Assembly: GCF_018350175.1 (NCBI RefSeq)
Contig: NC_058368.1
Coordinates: forward strand, 41,232,001-41,296,000
Length of the DNA stretch: 64,000 nt
DNA from: Felis catus
Taxonomy: Eukaryota
Direction of reading: 5' to 3'
The notes under the pieces were generated by a model, which saw only the letters and a list, made by a program, of their open reading frames with translations, was not told the DNA's origin and searched no databases. A program made the translations under genes and the position numbers. Shown in pieces: positions 25,634-38,624 of this stretch (its first letter is position 1; each line of letters opens with the position of its first letter).

Positions 25634-25820
25634 CATTGGTTGTCAAAAGTGTGGGACCCAAGTAGCACCATAAAAATCATCTGGCAACTGGTTAGAAATG
25701 CACATTTTGGACATCTTCCCAGACATACTGAATCAGCAACTCTGGGAGTGAGGCCCAGCAATCTGTTTATTAAAGGAGCCTTCCAGGACTTTTATGTAGG
25801 CCGGAGTTTGAGAACTGATT
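25634..25820 (+). mobile_element. MER5A hAT-Charlie non-autonomous DNA transposon
   Basis: 'gttagaaatgcaca...cccagacatactgaatcagcaactctgggagtgaggcccagcaatctg...gtttgagaac'. 8-bp TSD cattatac / cattacac at 25626-25633 and 25821-25828. Confidence 0.92.
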
Positions 25821-25939
25821 CATTACACCATATTATAGAATGAGTTCAACTGTTGCATCTCCTTAAAAGGTTGATATACCACATGCTGGTGAATGCTCTT
25901 TCTCCACCCTACCTTTATATAATAACCACATTGGAAGCA

Positions 25940-26390
25940 AGCTTGACTCAGCCCCAGGCCAGAGCTATATGGTGAATTAATATGACAATATTAATCCAGC
26001 AGAAAGGCACCTTACTGTAGATTGACCAATAAAAGTCCCTTATCTGGAATTTTGGCTTTAGGATTCACTTGAAGAAAAAACTTAAGTCAGCATTCCTGGA
26101 TGATGTCCATGTTCAAATATAGTCTGGAAAATATAAGATAGTCTGCCTAGGAGGAAGGAAAATGAAGCCGAAATACAGAGATATTTCAATGACCAATTGA
26201 GACACATGTCTTCCTGCTTTTCCTGCAATGCTGCGTCAGTGGTTCTGGTCTATTCCAGAAATCTGGTCTATTCCTAAACTCCCAACTTTGGATTCTTTGT
26301 GGAACTTTTGCATTCTTTTAATTAGATAGCAATTTTACTTAGCCTAGCTTGATTGGTTTTCTGATTTTAAAAAGTTAACAACCATCACAA
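25940..26390 (+). mobile_element. Degraded ERVL/MaLR-type LTR (LTR33/MLT1K-like)
   Basis: 'tgaccaataaaagtcccttatctggaatttt', 'gaaaatgaagccgaaatacagaga' and end 'ttagcctagcttgattggttttctg' resemble old ERVL LTRs. Confidence 0.45.
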
Positions 26391-26697
26391 TTGGTAGAAG
26401 ATTGTCTCCTCATTATTTGGAAACATCTACTTCACCTATAATGATTTCTGATATTTATTTAACAAAACACAAGATATTTTATTTCTAATGTAAAATGAAA
26501 AACTGAAACAAAAACTTAAGAGGAGGAAATTATGCATGACTATGTATGTGTTCCAGTGAAAGGGCATGTTGTAGAAAAGGCTGCATTTTTATATATAGTT
26601 TATCAAGGAGCATTGACAGCTCATAGGCCAGTCAGTGTGGCAGGAGGTATACACATATGGGTAAGCCTCCCTGGACTGCATAACATCTATAGTCACA

Positions 26698-26704
26698 TGC
26701 ACAT

Positions 26705-26747
<43 letters not shown>
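26698..26747. repeat. (CA)n microsatellite
   Basis: About 20 CA units visible. Confidence 0.98.
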
Positions 26748-26749
<2 letters not shown>

Positions 26750-26895
26750 TCCACTCACTCATCTTTCTGCTACTGTCTTAAATGTCTGGGCACATCATGC
26801 AACAGACCTGTAAGTGCTGAAATACCTGTGTTTGTTCCAGATGTCTACCTTTCTTTCAATCCAGACACAAATACAGAGTTATATAACACATATCT

Positions 26896-26898
<3 letters not shown>

Positions 26899-26939
<41 letters not shown>
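26899..26939. repeat. (AT)n microsatellite
   Basis: About 20 perfect AT units visible. Confidence 0.98.
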
Positions 26940-26942
<3 letters not shown>

Positions 26943-27166
26943 CATACACTTCACATACTTATTTACTTATATGTATAATTTATAATATACACGTAATTTA
27001 GTACAATGTAGGAGGTTTAAGTTTATTATAATACATTTTCCTAAGAAATACTTAAAGTCCTGGAAGATACCAAACCAAAGTAAAACTAAAGTGTAATACT
27101 TCAGGGAATTTCAAGAACTATCTTTCCAAGTACAAGCAAGCCAAATAGAACCCTTTGTTTGTCTCT

Positions 27167-27377
27167 GTTTGTTTTTTTTTTACTATTTTTCAAAGTTTAT
27201 TTATTTATTTTGAGAGAGAGAGTGAGTGGAGGTGTGGCAGAGAGAGAGAATCCCAAGCAGGCTCTGTGTTGACAGTGTGGAGCCCAACGTGGGGCTTGAA
27301 GCCACTACCCATGAGATCATGACCTGAGTCAAAACTAAGAATGGGATGCTTAACGGACTGAGTCATCCAGATGCCCC
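27167..27377 (-). mobile_element. Can-SINE
   Basis: Reverse head gactgagtcatccagatgcccc and TSD-like tttgtctct. Confidence 0.94.
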
Positions 27378-27654
27378 TATTTTGTCTCTCTTTAGATATT
27401 TGTTCAGTAAGGCATTCCCATTAAATCCAAAAAGGAGAAAGGCATTATGATCTGATATATATTGCTGCTTATTGATATACACAAAATTCCTTCATCTTTT
27501 TATGGGACAGCCATTGTGAATGGTTATTGCCTATTGGCAAGGGGCAGAATAAATATCTGAATGCTAAACTGTAAGCAAAATAGTGATGCTAAACTCTAAG
27601 CAAAATACTTAATTCATAGTGTAGCTACTAGTTAAAAAATGAAGAAGATTTAAA

Positions 27655-29095
27655 AAATGTTTATTGGGTAAAAATATATAACATTAAGTTTACCATTTTA
27701 GATATTTTTGGGTGCATAGTTTAGTAGTGTTAAGTATGTTAACATTTTTGTACAATGGATCTCAAAACATTTTTATCTTACAAAACCGAAAATCTATATA
27801 CATTAAACACTAACTCCTCCTCTCTCATTCTCCCAGCCTATTGCAACCAAATTTCTACTTTTTTTTCCATGATTTTGACTACTTTAGATACTTTATGTTA
27901 GTGTATTTCTACACTCTTTGTCCTATAGTAACTGGCTTATTTCACTTAGCATTATATCCTGTAGGTTCATCCATGCTGTAACACGTTACAGGATTTGCAT
28001 TTTTTAAGGCTGCAAGATACATCATTGTATTTATATATCACTTTTTTATATCCATTTATATCCATGGGTTTTTGCGTTATTTCCTCTTGGCCACTGTAAA
28101 TAATGCTGCAATGAACATGATTCTGCAAATAGCTCTTCAAGATACTGCTTCCAATTCTTTTGGGTATATACTCAGAAGCAAGATTGCTGGATCATATGAT
28201 AATGCCATTTTTAACATTCTGAAGAAATTCCATACTGTTTTCCATAAAGGCTGCCTCATTTTGCATTCCCGCCAATGGTGCATAAAGGTTCTAATATCTT
28301 CCCATCCTCACTAATCCTTGTTATTTTCAATTCTTTTGGTGGTGGTCATCCTAATAGATGTAAGATAATATTTGAATGCAGTTTTGATTTACATTTCTCT
28401 TATGATTAGTGATAGTGAGCATCTTTTCATGTCATAGCTGACCATTTGTATATCTTCTTTGAACAATTGTCTATTCAAGTCCTTTGCAAAATTTTTAATT
28501 AGATTATTCAGAATTTTTTAAATTGTTGTTTTAGAAGTTCCTTATACATTCTGAATATTAATTCCTTACCAATTATTTACCAATTTTGGTCCCCTATTTT
28601 GTAAGTTGTCTTTTTTACCTCTTGGTGGTATCTTTTGATGCACATAGTTTTAAAGTTTGCTGTAGTCCCATTTGTCTATTTTTGGCTTTGTTGTTTGTGC
28701 TTTTGGTGTCATAGTCAAGAAATCATTGCCAAATCTAATGTCCTGAAGATTTTCCGCTATGTTTTCTGTTAATATTTTTATAATTTTAGATCTTAAATTT
28801 AGGAGATAATTTTTGTATATAGAGTAAGGTAATCATCCAGCTTCACTCTTTTGTATGTGGATATCCAGTTTCCCCAACACCAAATTTTGAAAAGACTGTC
28901 CATTACCCATTGGGTAGTTTAACACACTTGTTGAAGATAACTTGACCATATATGGAAGAGTTTACTTCTGGGCTTCCTTTTCTGTCGCATTGGTCTATAT
29001 GTCTGCCTTTATGCCAGTACTACACCTCCATGATCACAGTTTCTTTGTAGTATATTTTGAAATCAGGAAGAGTGAGGCTTCCAACTTTGTTCTCA
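27655..29095 (-). mobile_element. Old L1 (L1MB-like) 3' portion
   Basis: Reverse L1 3'UTR and ORF2 end: 'actggcttatttcacttagcatt', 'aataatgctgcaatgaacatg', 'gattgctggatcatatg', 'ttttgaaatcaggaag'. Confidence 0.92.
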
Positions 29096-30357
29096 TTGCC
29101 ACTATTACTGCCACTATCCTTGAAAAACACCAAATTGGATTTGATTACAAAATTTCATGACAGGCCACTAGAAAAAGCTTATGTTGAAGGAAGCAATTGA
29201 GAATTCTAATTTTGGAGGACAAATACTGCCAGTTATTTTTGCAAAAATGTCTGTTTATTTTGTACTTGGCCATCAAAATTGTTTTTAAGTCAAATTTGAG
29301 ATGAACAGAAATTTTCTTTGTTATCTATTTCTGTCCCTCCAAATTTTTTAGTAGGTACTTCCTTTCTATTATTGATATTCTTATTTCCCCATTCTGAACC
29401 TTCTTCTGACAATCCAAGGTCCCTCATTTTATAATGTTTCCAAAGCCTCACATTTTGGAATGTTTCCATGAGCCTCTTCCTATTTCTTCATCCATATATA
29501 ATCAAAATTTGTTAGAACTTATTAGATTTCTCATCTCTTCCAGGTGCCCATGGAAATAGACTGATATTTCAAGGGCCTATACAACTATATAGTACCCATT
29601 CTCATTAACGTTCCCTTAATACGCAAACATATACATGCATATGCACATTCATTTGTATGTATGTACATATGCATGTACATGCTTGTATGCACATGTGTGT
29701 GTATGTATGTGTCTATCGATCTATCTATCATCTATCTAGTAGATTGACATTTCTACCTACTTAGTAAATGCTTTATAAAAGAATATTAAACTATACATTT
29801 CTGGTGCCCAGGATCTGGTAAACAGATGAAAATGTTTTGGTACAGTTGGGTTTTTAATGGCCAAATTACGACTACAAGTTAAATTTCAAATTCACCACAC
29901 ATTTGTTATATATTGCTCACATCATCTTTGAGGCCATCTCCATCCAAGGAAATTGGAGGGTTAAGATTATTAGCAAATATGCTCCATGTTTTACATGTTG
30001 TAAAATGTGATTTGACTCCAGCCATCCTTGCAGCTTTTTGAAAATACTAGTATCTGAATTTTTTTTTTCTCAGATTATGTTTAACCATTCAGTCTTGGGT
30101 GGGACCTGTATGTTCCTTTAGTAAAAAAAGAAAAGTGGCAAGTTAATGTTGCTGACTAAATAGGGCTAAACGAGTGACTGAGGAATTAAATATACAGAAT
30201 AATTCCTGCTCACATTCAAAGTTCCCCACATTAACATTGGAATTCACATAAATGCAATATCTTTGAGGCATCGAAGTACAAACAAGAACAGTGCCAAACT
30301 GTGTTGGGGAGAAAATATTGATTATAATCAGAATTATTTTCTTAAATTTTCTTATAT

Positions 30358-30520
30358 CAGTGCTTCCCAGATTTTCATATGCCTAGGAAACACCTGGAAA
30401 TCTTATAAAAATGCAGATTCTGATTCACTAGGTTTGGAGTGAAATGTGATTCTGTATTTCTTACCAGCTTTCATGGGAGCTGCTGCTAAGATACTAGACC
30501 ACATCCTGAGTTTTTCAAGA
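30358..30520 (+). mobile_element. MER5B-like hAT DNA transposon
   Basis: 'cagtgcttcccag...cacctggaaatcttataaaaatgcagattctgattcactaggtttgg...gaccacatcctgag'. Confidence 0.8.
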
Positions 30521-32349
30521 TGAAATAATTTAAACTCAGGTAAAATTTTAATATAATTGGAACAGTATGCAACAAAAATAAAGGGAGCTCAAATCTCTTG
30601 TTTTAAATAATACAAAATTTATTCTCATGTAAATCAAACACTTAATTGAGACAACTGAATATTCATTAATATAGTGTGTGCTTTAAGATGTCAAAAATAT
30701 ATCCTTACTGGAGATATGTGTGAAATCTGTTAGGCAAACATATTATACAAAGAAATGTCTTCTATTTTTTTTTTGAGCTTAGGTGTCATATACCATGATA
30801 TGTCACATATGTGTGTCACGATATGATGATATGTCATGGTATAGTGCATTTTACATTATATTAGAATGGCAACAATGGTGAGTTGATCATTTGCTGGAAA
30901 TATTTCCAAATATTTTCAGTTATTGTATCATCAAAAGAAATCTTCATTTGGAAAATCAGATTGCTTTACTTCATGAAATTTATTTTTAACTGTTTCAAAC
31001 TAATGTGATCACCACAATTTGCATTACATAACCAAACATTACTTTATTTATATTAAATTAAGTTACATTAAACAACATCTTTGGAATTACAAGGTAGTGA
31101 TCTGTGTAAAAATGCAAGTATGGCACATGCTTGAAAGTAATTATTTCGTAAAAATCATTCATTTCTTTGTAAGATGCATGAAGAAAAAAATGTAATGTGT
31201 TAGGTACATGAGGAACTTTATGCCTAATAGTTTTTATACTCCTCTATTATCTACATTTTAAACCACTGACAATCACAGTAAGATGATCTTTTAAATCACT
31301 CATTATACATGATATTCTATTATCTTACATCCATTATAACTTGTTAGAAACTTTTAATAATGCATGACTCCAGAAGGCAATTCCCCATAATAGATACAGA
31401 TACTTAAATATTACTCCATCCATATTTTATTATTTTATGAGGCATACTGGCAACTGAGCCAATAATTTTGTCAGATATGAAGGGTTACTAAGCAGTTTCA
31501 AAATTATCCAAAATATCAAATATGACAGCATAAAATAGCAAATCAATTTCATTCTTTGTTTAAATTTTATCTTCCCAGGAAAGAGTTACTTGAATAAATC
31601 TTATGAAATTGAAAACTCAATACAAAGGTAGGATGATAGTTTAGACTTGATAAATGTCCAATATATATCATATTTTCTCAATTTGAATGCTATAATTTAA
31701 TGATTTTTTAAAAATTTTCATACATTCATTTTGAGCAGAATCTTTTTATCTTCTCTGATCAGCATAAAGAATGAAAATTAATCATTGCTAAATTATAGCA
31801 TGTATAAACTTCAACTATTTAAATTTGTTTTTAATTGGAGAAGAGGAAGAACTTTCACTTTATTTTCACCTACTGATATCAAATAATTCCATTTTATAAG
31901 CATTTGTAGGACTATCATCCAAAAGGAAGTAACATAAACTGTATAGAAGAAAAAATGTTCCAGGATATGACTCAACAGGTTTTGTAAGAAATGTTAAAAT
32001 CCATATTGCTAGTTCTGCATAATATTGTAAAATTACTTTTAGTGAAACTAATCCAAGATTTTACCTACTACATCTAAAATTGTGATTTTACGTTATATGT
32101 TTAATAAAGAAGGGTTACATAGAGTGGAAAAAGTTGCCTAGGATAATTGTTAATGTTTATGAAATTGACACAAGAATAAATAGATAATTGGTATTACTCA
32201 GGTATTGTTAATACCTTTTCCAGAAACAGAAACAAAGTGAATCAACTCTAGATTAAGAATTTCTCTGGTAGTATAGAAGATTTTATATCATCCTTGATAA
32301 TCCATTCTTACATTTAATTTTCTAGTCAATAAATTTAGTGTATATTTTA

Positions 32350-32800
32350 TTTTTTATTTTTTTAATGTTTATTTCTTTTTTTAATTTTTTTTTAATTTTT
32401 TTTCAACGTTTTTATTTATTTTTGGGACAGAGAGAGACAGAGCATGAACGGGGGAGGGGCAGAGAGAGAGGGAGACACAGAATCGGAAACAGGCTCCAGG
32501 CTCTGAGCCATCAGCCCAGAGCCTGACGCGGGGCTCGAACTCACGGACCGCGAGATCGTGATCTGGCTGAAGTCGGACGCTTAACCGACTGCGCCACCCA
32601 GGCGCCCCTCTTTTTTTAATTTTTGAAAGAGAGAGTGAGTGAGCATGAGCAGGGAATGGGCAGAAAGAGAGAAGGACAGAGGATCTGAAGTGGTCTCTGT
32701 GCTGATAGCAAGAGCCCATATGGGACTCAAATTCATGAACTGTGAAATCATGAGCTGAGCCAAAGTCAGACGCTTAAGCGACTGAACCACCCTGGTGCCC
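32350..32800 (-). mobile_element. Older Can-SINE interrupted by a younger SINE
   Basis: TSD caataaatttagtgtatatttta at 32327-32349 and 32801-32823. Tail at left, body at 32625-32800. Confidence 0.95.
32390..32608 (-). mobile_element. Young felid Can-SINE nested in the tail of an older SINE
   Basis: CpG-rich near-consensus copy with 16-bp TSD tctttttttaattttt (32374-32389, 32609-32624). Confidence 0.97.
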
Positions 32801-33230
32801 CAATAAATTTAGTGTATATTTTAAACATGCTTTGGTATCTTTTTAGTCATAGAAATAATTAATAAGCTAACTCAACCCTCCATATAATTATCGTTTATAT
32901 CTTCAGATGAAATTAACACCAAGGCAGTTTCTAACAACCACATATCATACATCTACAAGTTATGGAAATAGGTATTTTTACACTTCAAGCTCACAGTTGA
33001 AATTCTTTTTATCAGTTAGAATTTTTGTTTTAATGGCAAGTTAATGGCTTTATGAGTGCATCCTGAAAACCCTACCTTCTGAAAGTACGTTTTATATACA
33101 TATATGTACAAAGTACCTTTGGGTTGAATAGGTGTCAGTAGCATTCTCTAATGCTAGAGTTATAAAGGGGATTTATAGCAATTGTACAATAGGTATTCTT
33201 ATTATATGGTGTTATTCTAACAAACAAATT

Positions 33231-33456
33231 TTTATTTTATTTTATTTTATTTTATTTTATTTTTTAAAAATTTTTTAGAAAGAAAGAGAGCCTGTGTGCC
33301 AGAGGAGAAAGGGCAGAGGGAATGAGAGAGAGAGAATCTTAAGTAGGCTCCACATTCAACCCAGAGCCTGATGGCTCCATCTCATGACTGTCAGATCATT
33401 ACCTGAGCTGAAATCAAGAGTTGGATGCTTAACCAACTGAGCCACTCAGGTGCCCC
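33231..33456 (-). mobile_element. Can-SINE
   Basis: (TTTTA)n tail, reverse head gagccactcaggtgcccc, TSD aacaaa(c/g)aaatt. Confidence 0.95.
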
Positions 33457-33567
33457 AACAAAGAAATTATTTTAAAGTATAATTTTACAAGGGAAGGCAT
33501 TTTTGCAACTCTTTTCTAAACTTTCTCCAAATTATTTTAATCCATTTTAAAGTATTGCTGCTCCCTT

Positions 33568-33791
33568 GGGGCACCTGAGTGGCTCAGTTGGTTAAGCGTC
33601 GGACTTAGGCTGCTCAGGTCGAGATCTCACGGTTCATGGGTTCAAGCCCTGCGTCCAGCTATGTGCTGACAGCTCAGAGCCTGGAGCCTGCTTCGGATTT
33701 TACATCTCCTTCTCTCTCTGCCCCTTCCCTGCTCATGCTCTCTCTGTTTCTCTCTCTGTCTCTCAAAAATAAATAAATTTAAAAATATATA
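33568..33791 (+). mobile_element. Can-SINE
   Basis: Head ggggcacctgagtggctcag and TSD taaagtattgct(g/a)ctccct. Confidence 0.97.
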
Positions 33792-36700
33792 TAAAGTATT
33801 GCTACTCCCTCCAGCACACTATTTTGCCTGAAGCAGTCAAATATTTTTTTCTTTAAATATTAAGTTTCCATGGGTTATGTTATATAGACTTATACTGGTT
33901 ACCTTGACACATGGTATTCCAGATGAAAAAATTGAAGTTTTGTTCAATGGGAATGTAAAGACGTTTCACACAAAGAAAAATACATTCTTAACTGAAAATA
34001 TAGATAGTAAAATCCATTTTGATACCACTGTCTGGTTATAATGATACTTGTATTATACAAATTATATGTTTAGTGTGAAACAAATGCATGATGCTGATCC
34101 AAGGATTGTAATTTAATATGCAACATAACTGAATATAATGCCTGGTGAGGCAATTTATCATAAGGTTTTACTCTATATTTACATGAAATTCAAATTATTG
34201 TAATCTAATGTCCATTTCTGATACAGAATGTAATCATTGATCCTAGGTGGTGATTAGTTTAGTCCATAGACTTTAATTTGATTCTACACATGCAACTGAA
34301 CACTTCTGTCATGTTCACTTTTCCAAGAATTGAGTTAAAATATTTTAAGAATTTCTGTTTGAAAAAATATAGTACACAGCTTCATGGGACAATAAAACAG
34401 CAAATATAGTATTCTTAACACTTTTACATGGCTTTATTTGTATTTTAATTTAATTTAATTATTAAACTGTCAAGAAAAAAATTAGGAGAAAAAGTATACA
34501 ATTCATTTGAATATTTACATCTCAAGCCATTACAAAGTTTGCCTAGTCTTGGAAAGATATATTGTGAAAGACTTGGTTCAATGTAAGTTTTCAGAGCTGT
34601 TTCACTTTTTTATTAGAAAAAGAGAACTAATCCAACTTATAAATATTAATAAAGTCATACACTAAAAGTGGAGCTAAAAAAAAGTCAGTCGGTGTTTTCT
34701 GCAATTCTTTAAAGCACATAGTCTAAATATATGAGAATAGAATTCTTGGCTCTCTTTCCTCTCTTTGCCCTACCCTGAGATTAAATTTGCAGATTTTCCA
34801 CATCTAAGCATTACTAGAAAAATGTGTGTAATGTTCAATAAAATTGTACTACATTAGTGACTGTGAACAGCATTCAATAAATGGTTTTAATATTAAGCAT
34901 GTTTAGCAAATATGCATAAAATTATATTAAAACTGAATTATTCACAGAGGACTAGTTTTCTAAATTTGAATAAGATACATTAAGACACCAATTTTGGTAC
35001 ATACCTTCATTTGCTTTTTCCCTTGCCCCACAATTGGCTAATTCAGCAGCACATAGTGAGACTGTGTGAATTGCTTTATTAATTCAGGGAAAGGTGACAA
35101 TAAAAATACATTAAGAATATAAATTGGAAAACATAAATATATATGCATGCATCTAATATATATATGCATGTTAGATAAATATATGTAAATACATCACTAT
35201 ATGTATTAGTGGTAGCCTTTTGTAGTGTCATGATATAAATACTCTCTTAATTAGCAATGGGATATCATCTACTGAAAATTATTAAAAGAAAAAATCAAGC
35301 TTTTTTTCAATATTATCAAATTTATGTACTGTATAGATTACTGAAATAGTAAAAAATCAATGAGAACTGGATGTACTTGTTTATGTCCAGCATGATGTTA
35401 AGCTATGCTTGAAACATATGGTTTCTTTTTTATTTACTTTGAATTTATCTACCAAATTTAATAAAATTGTTTGCAAGAGTATCTGTATGCAAAAAATATC
35501 TTCACATAATCTTCATTGGATTATGAGCACAATAATATAAATAAAATGCTGTATTGTAATATGGAAAGATATACTTCAGCTTCAAAGGAATTATTAACTG
35601 AATGTGTTCCAGTTCTCTCTAACCACATAACATCTCATGCAGAAAAGTTGATTTTTATTCAATTATGCTTAGTTGATATTCTATCAACCAACATTTAGAA
35701 AATAGTTTGAAAGTTCTCTCAAATATATACTATGTTGAAGAGAATTTTATTATATTACAATTTTCCTCTTAATAGGTTTTCAGTAGAATTTTCCTCTTTT
35801 TTTTCCCCAGAAATAGTTACATTTCTGAAAAGTGTATTTCTTTTTGTATTAAGGTCATGGTGAACTCTAAACTAGTCATGTTTAGTCTTTTATATTGACT
35901 TCTGGAAAACAGTATTAAATTTTTATCAAAATTATTCTCTGATTTTCAAGTGATTAAGTAATTCAATTATTTTCTTTTGTTTCTTTCCTCAAAAGTTCTT
36001 AAGTTCTCATTATTAGGATTTAAAACTTAGATCAAGGCAATATAAATCACAACAGGAAGGGAATAAAAAAACAAAGATAGTTAGTGGTATTAAAATAAAG
36101 TTGAATATGTAGTTATGATGGCAAAAAATTCTCCAAGATATTAGCTTTTTAGGGCATCCAATCCCTAATGTTACACAAATGACTATTGGCATATATTTAA
36201 ACCAGATAATTTCTTGGTCATAGCATTACCATTCTTGGTCCATAATCAATCAATATGTTCTAAAATTTTAAAAGGAAAATAGTCTATCCTGTAACTATCA
36301 TTTTCTTTATTGAAAACATAGTAACAAATTTGTTAGGACTAATTTCTTGGAGAGTTTCTCAACATGGGTTGATGGCATCTAATGAAAACATGATTCAATC
36401 AAAGGAAATTTACTATAAGAACAATATGGTACACCAATCCAAATGGCTGGTAAAACCTAGAGCTATATTTCATGGAAACCAGATGAACACATGAATTTTT
36501 ACATCCTTCAGGCAATCCTCCACAAATATTGTTTCTTTGAACTAAGCTTTTGATAAACATTGAATGGTTGTAAGCTTGAAATTATCCCCCCGGGCTAATG
36601 CCTGGAGTGCTCTTCTCTACTATTTGTGAGTTGAAATCTATCTCATGTGCCTGACCAGAAATTCTCATTCTAAAAAAGTAAGTACCCTTTTATGAAACCT

Positions 36701-37059
36701 GAGGCAGCTAACAAGGGATTAGGACAAAATAGCATGTACATTATCTCAACACAATTTCCATTCTGAATTGAGTTAGGGAGTATCTGTTAAATATATAATT
36801 TTATTTTATTTTTAAAAATTAATCCTTGTCCATGGACACATTGATGAAATTATTAAGGTTCCATATTGCTTCATCATATGTAATATGAACATAATTATTT
36901 TGATATAACTTTATTTCAGGCAGTAATAAAAAGTCCCAATTCTCTAGAAAGTCAAATCTCAGTAACTAGTTTGGAAGAGAAACATGATAATGGATAAGTA
37001 AGTGTAGAAATAGCCCTTATGAAAAGCAGAAGCAGGAAAGAACTGCAATGGGAAATGGA

Positions 37060-37240
37060 TGATGTTATACCTTAGTGGTAAAAAGTGCAGTTTTGGGGCC
37101 CACATTGCCTATGTTCAAACACAAACATGTGATAGGGGAAATTTACTTAATCTTATTAAGCTTCAGTTCCTTCATCCAAATAACAGAATAATTAATTTCA
37201 GGCTTAGATAAAATAGTATCTGAAAAGTATTTAACAGGAT
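37060..37240 (+). mobile_element. MIR fragment
   Basis: 'tagtggtaaaaagtgcagttttggggccc...atttacttaatcttattaagcttcagttccttcatc'. Confidence 0.65.
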
Positions 37241-37349
37241 CTCTTGAGGGGATGTGTACAAAGTTTTTTGAGTGTAGGAGTCAGTTTAATTCAGATACTA
37301 AAGGTAGGCATGCGAAAACATGCAATTATAAAACATTCACTACAAATCA

Positions 37350-37498
37350 GGGATGCCTGAGTGGCTCAGTTGGGTAAGCGTTTTGATCTTAGTTCTCAGC
37401 TCAGGTCTTGATTTCAGGGTTGTGAGTTCAAGCCCTGCATTGGGTCCTGAGCTGGGCATGATGCCTACTAAAAAACAAAACAAACAAACAAGCAAACA
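37350..37498 (+). mobile_element. Short old Can-SINE (no CT tract)
   Basis: Head gggatgcctgagtggctcagttgg, B-box-like gagttcaagccc, (AAAC)n tail and degenerate TSD ...caaatca. Confidence 0.9.
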
Positions 37499-37749
37499 AA
37501 ATTAACTCCAAATCAAATTAAAGTAATGATCACTAAATAAATCAAATGGATATCCTGGAGCAAGTAGGGGTGGACAAATAGTGGTAGAAAGTTGGCTTCC
37601 TACAGATAATCCTTTGTGATTCTAACATTTTAAAGGCCTTTCAGCTCACCTGATAGGAAAAGCCTCTTTAATCACTCTAAATTAGAAGCCCTGATCAATA
37701 TGCTCTTGGCATATACAGGTTTCAGTCATCTTTCACCCTCTGTTAAATG

Positions 37750-38490
37750 ATTATTGAAGAAAGATTATTCACTTATATACCAAAGAAATCAAACCAAACT
37801 CCATCAAATATAAGAATGGGAGGCCTAAGATTGATAATGTGTGAAGAAAACTCATGGGATAAAATAAATTTAAAACATTGAAATAAATAAGAAAATTAAC
37901 CCCAGAGGACAAAAATATAAGGTAATTTAGAAAATCAAGAGCAGATTGCTAGCTATCAAATTGACAGTAACTAAAGGAATCACAAAATGCTCATGAGATT
38001 TAAAAAAAAACGCTTACAAATAACAAAAATTCAATTGTGTTAAAGATTTAATTTGACAGTATTTTACAGAGCAGAAAACAAAAACACAGAATTCGAAAGT
38101 ATGAGATAAGATGAAAAGTATAGAAACTATTCAGGATGTATAACAGCCAATTAATATTGAGTGCAATAAATAAATGCAGGGAGAAAATTATCAAGGCAGA
38201 AATAAAAGATCCAAAGATGAAATTCCTGCATCTTAAGAATAAAAGAATTCACTGAAAATAAAGCCGGGTAAGTAAAAAAGGAATTAGTGTTGAAAAACGT
38301 GGGTGGTAGTGAGTGATTAACAATACAAAAATGAAAGTACAAAACAAGTGACAAACAGGTTTCAAATATCTAGATAATATATTGTAAAAAAACAAGCCCC
38401 ACATTCCAAGTTCTGAGGGGAAATATTTTTACATCTCTGAGGTCAAATTATCAACTAAATGTAAGGTAAAATAAATACATTTTCGACTCT
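37750..38490 (+). mobile_element. HAL1/old L1 ORF1-like fossil
   Basis: A-rich coiled-coil-like region ending 'gtcaaattatcaactaaatgtaaggtaaaataaatacattttc', like the ORF1 C-terminal PAKLSFKCEGKIKTFSD. Confidence 0.65.
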
Positions 38491-38624
38491 TGTTAAAACA
38501 CAAGTTAACATACATATGGATTTATTCGCATTACAGAATTAAAACCCAAGTTTGTATTTAACATATATAACGTATATAACATTCTAGCATAAATATGGAT
38601 AAATTATTACCATACGCACTTGCT

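Noticed and set aside
35042..35056. ttcagcagcacata, similar to U6
   Set aside because: Only ~14 nt, no U6 5' end and no TSD, so consistent with chance.
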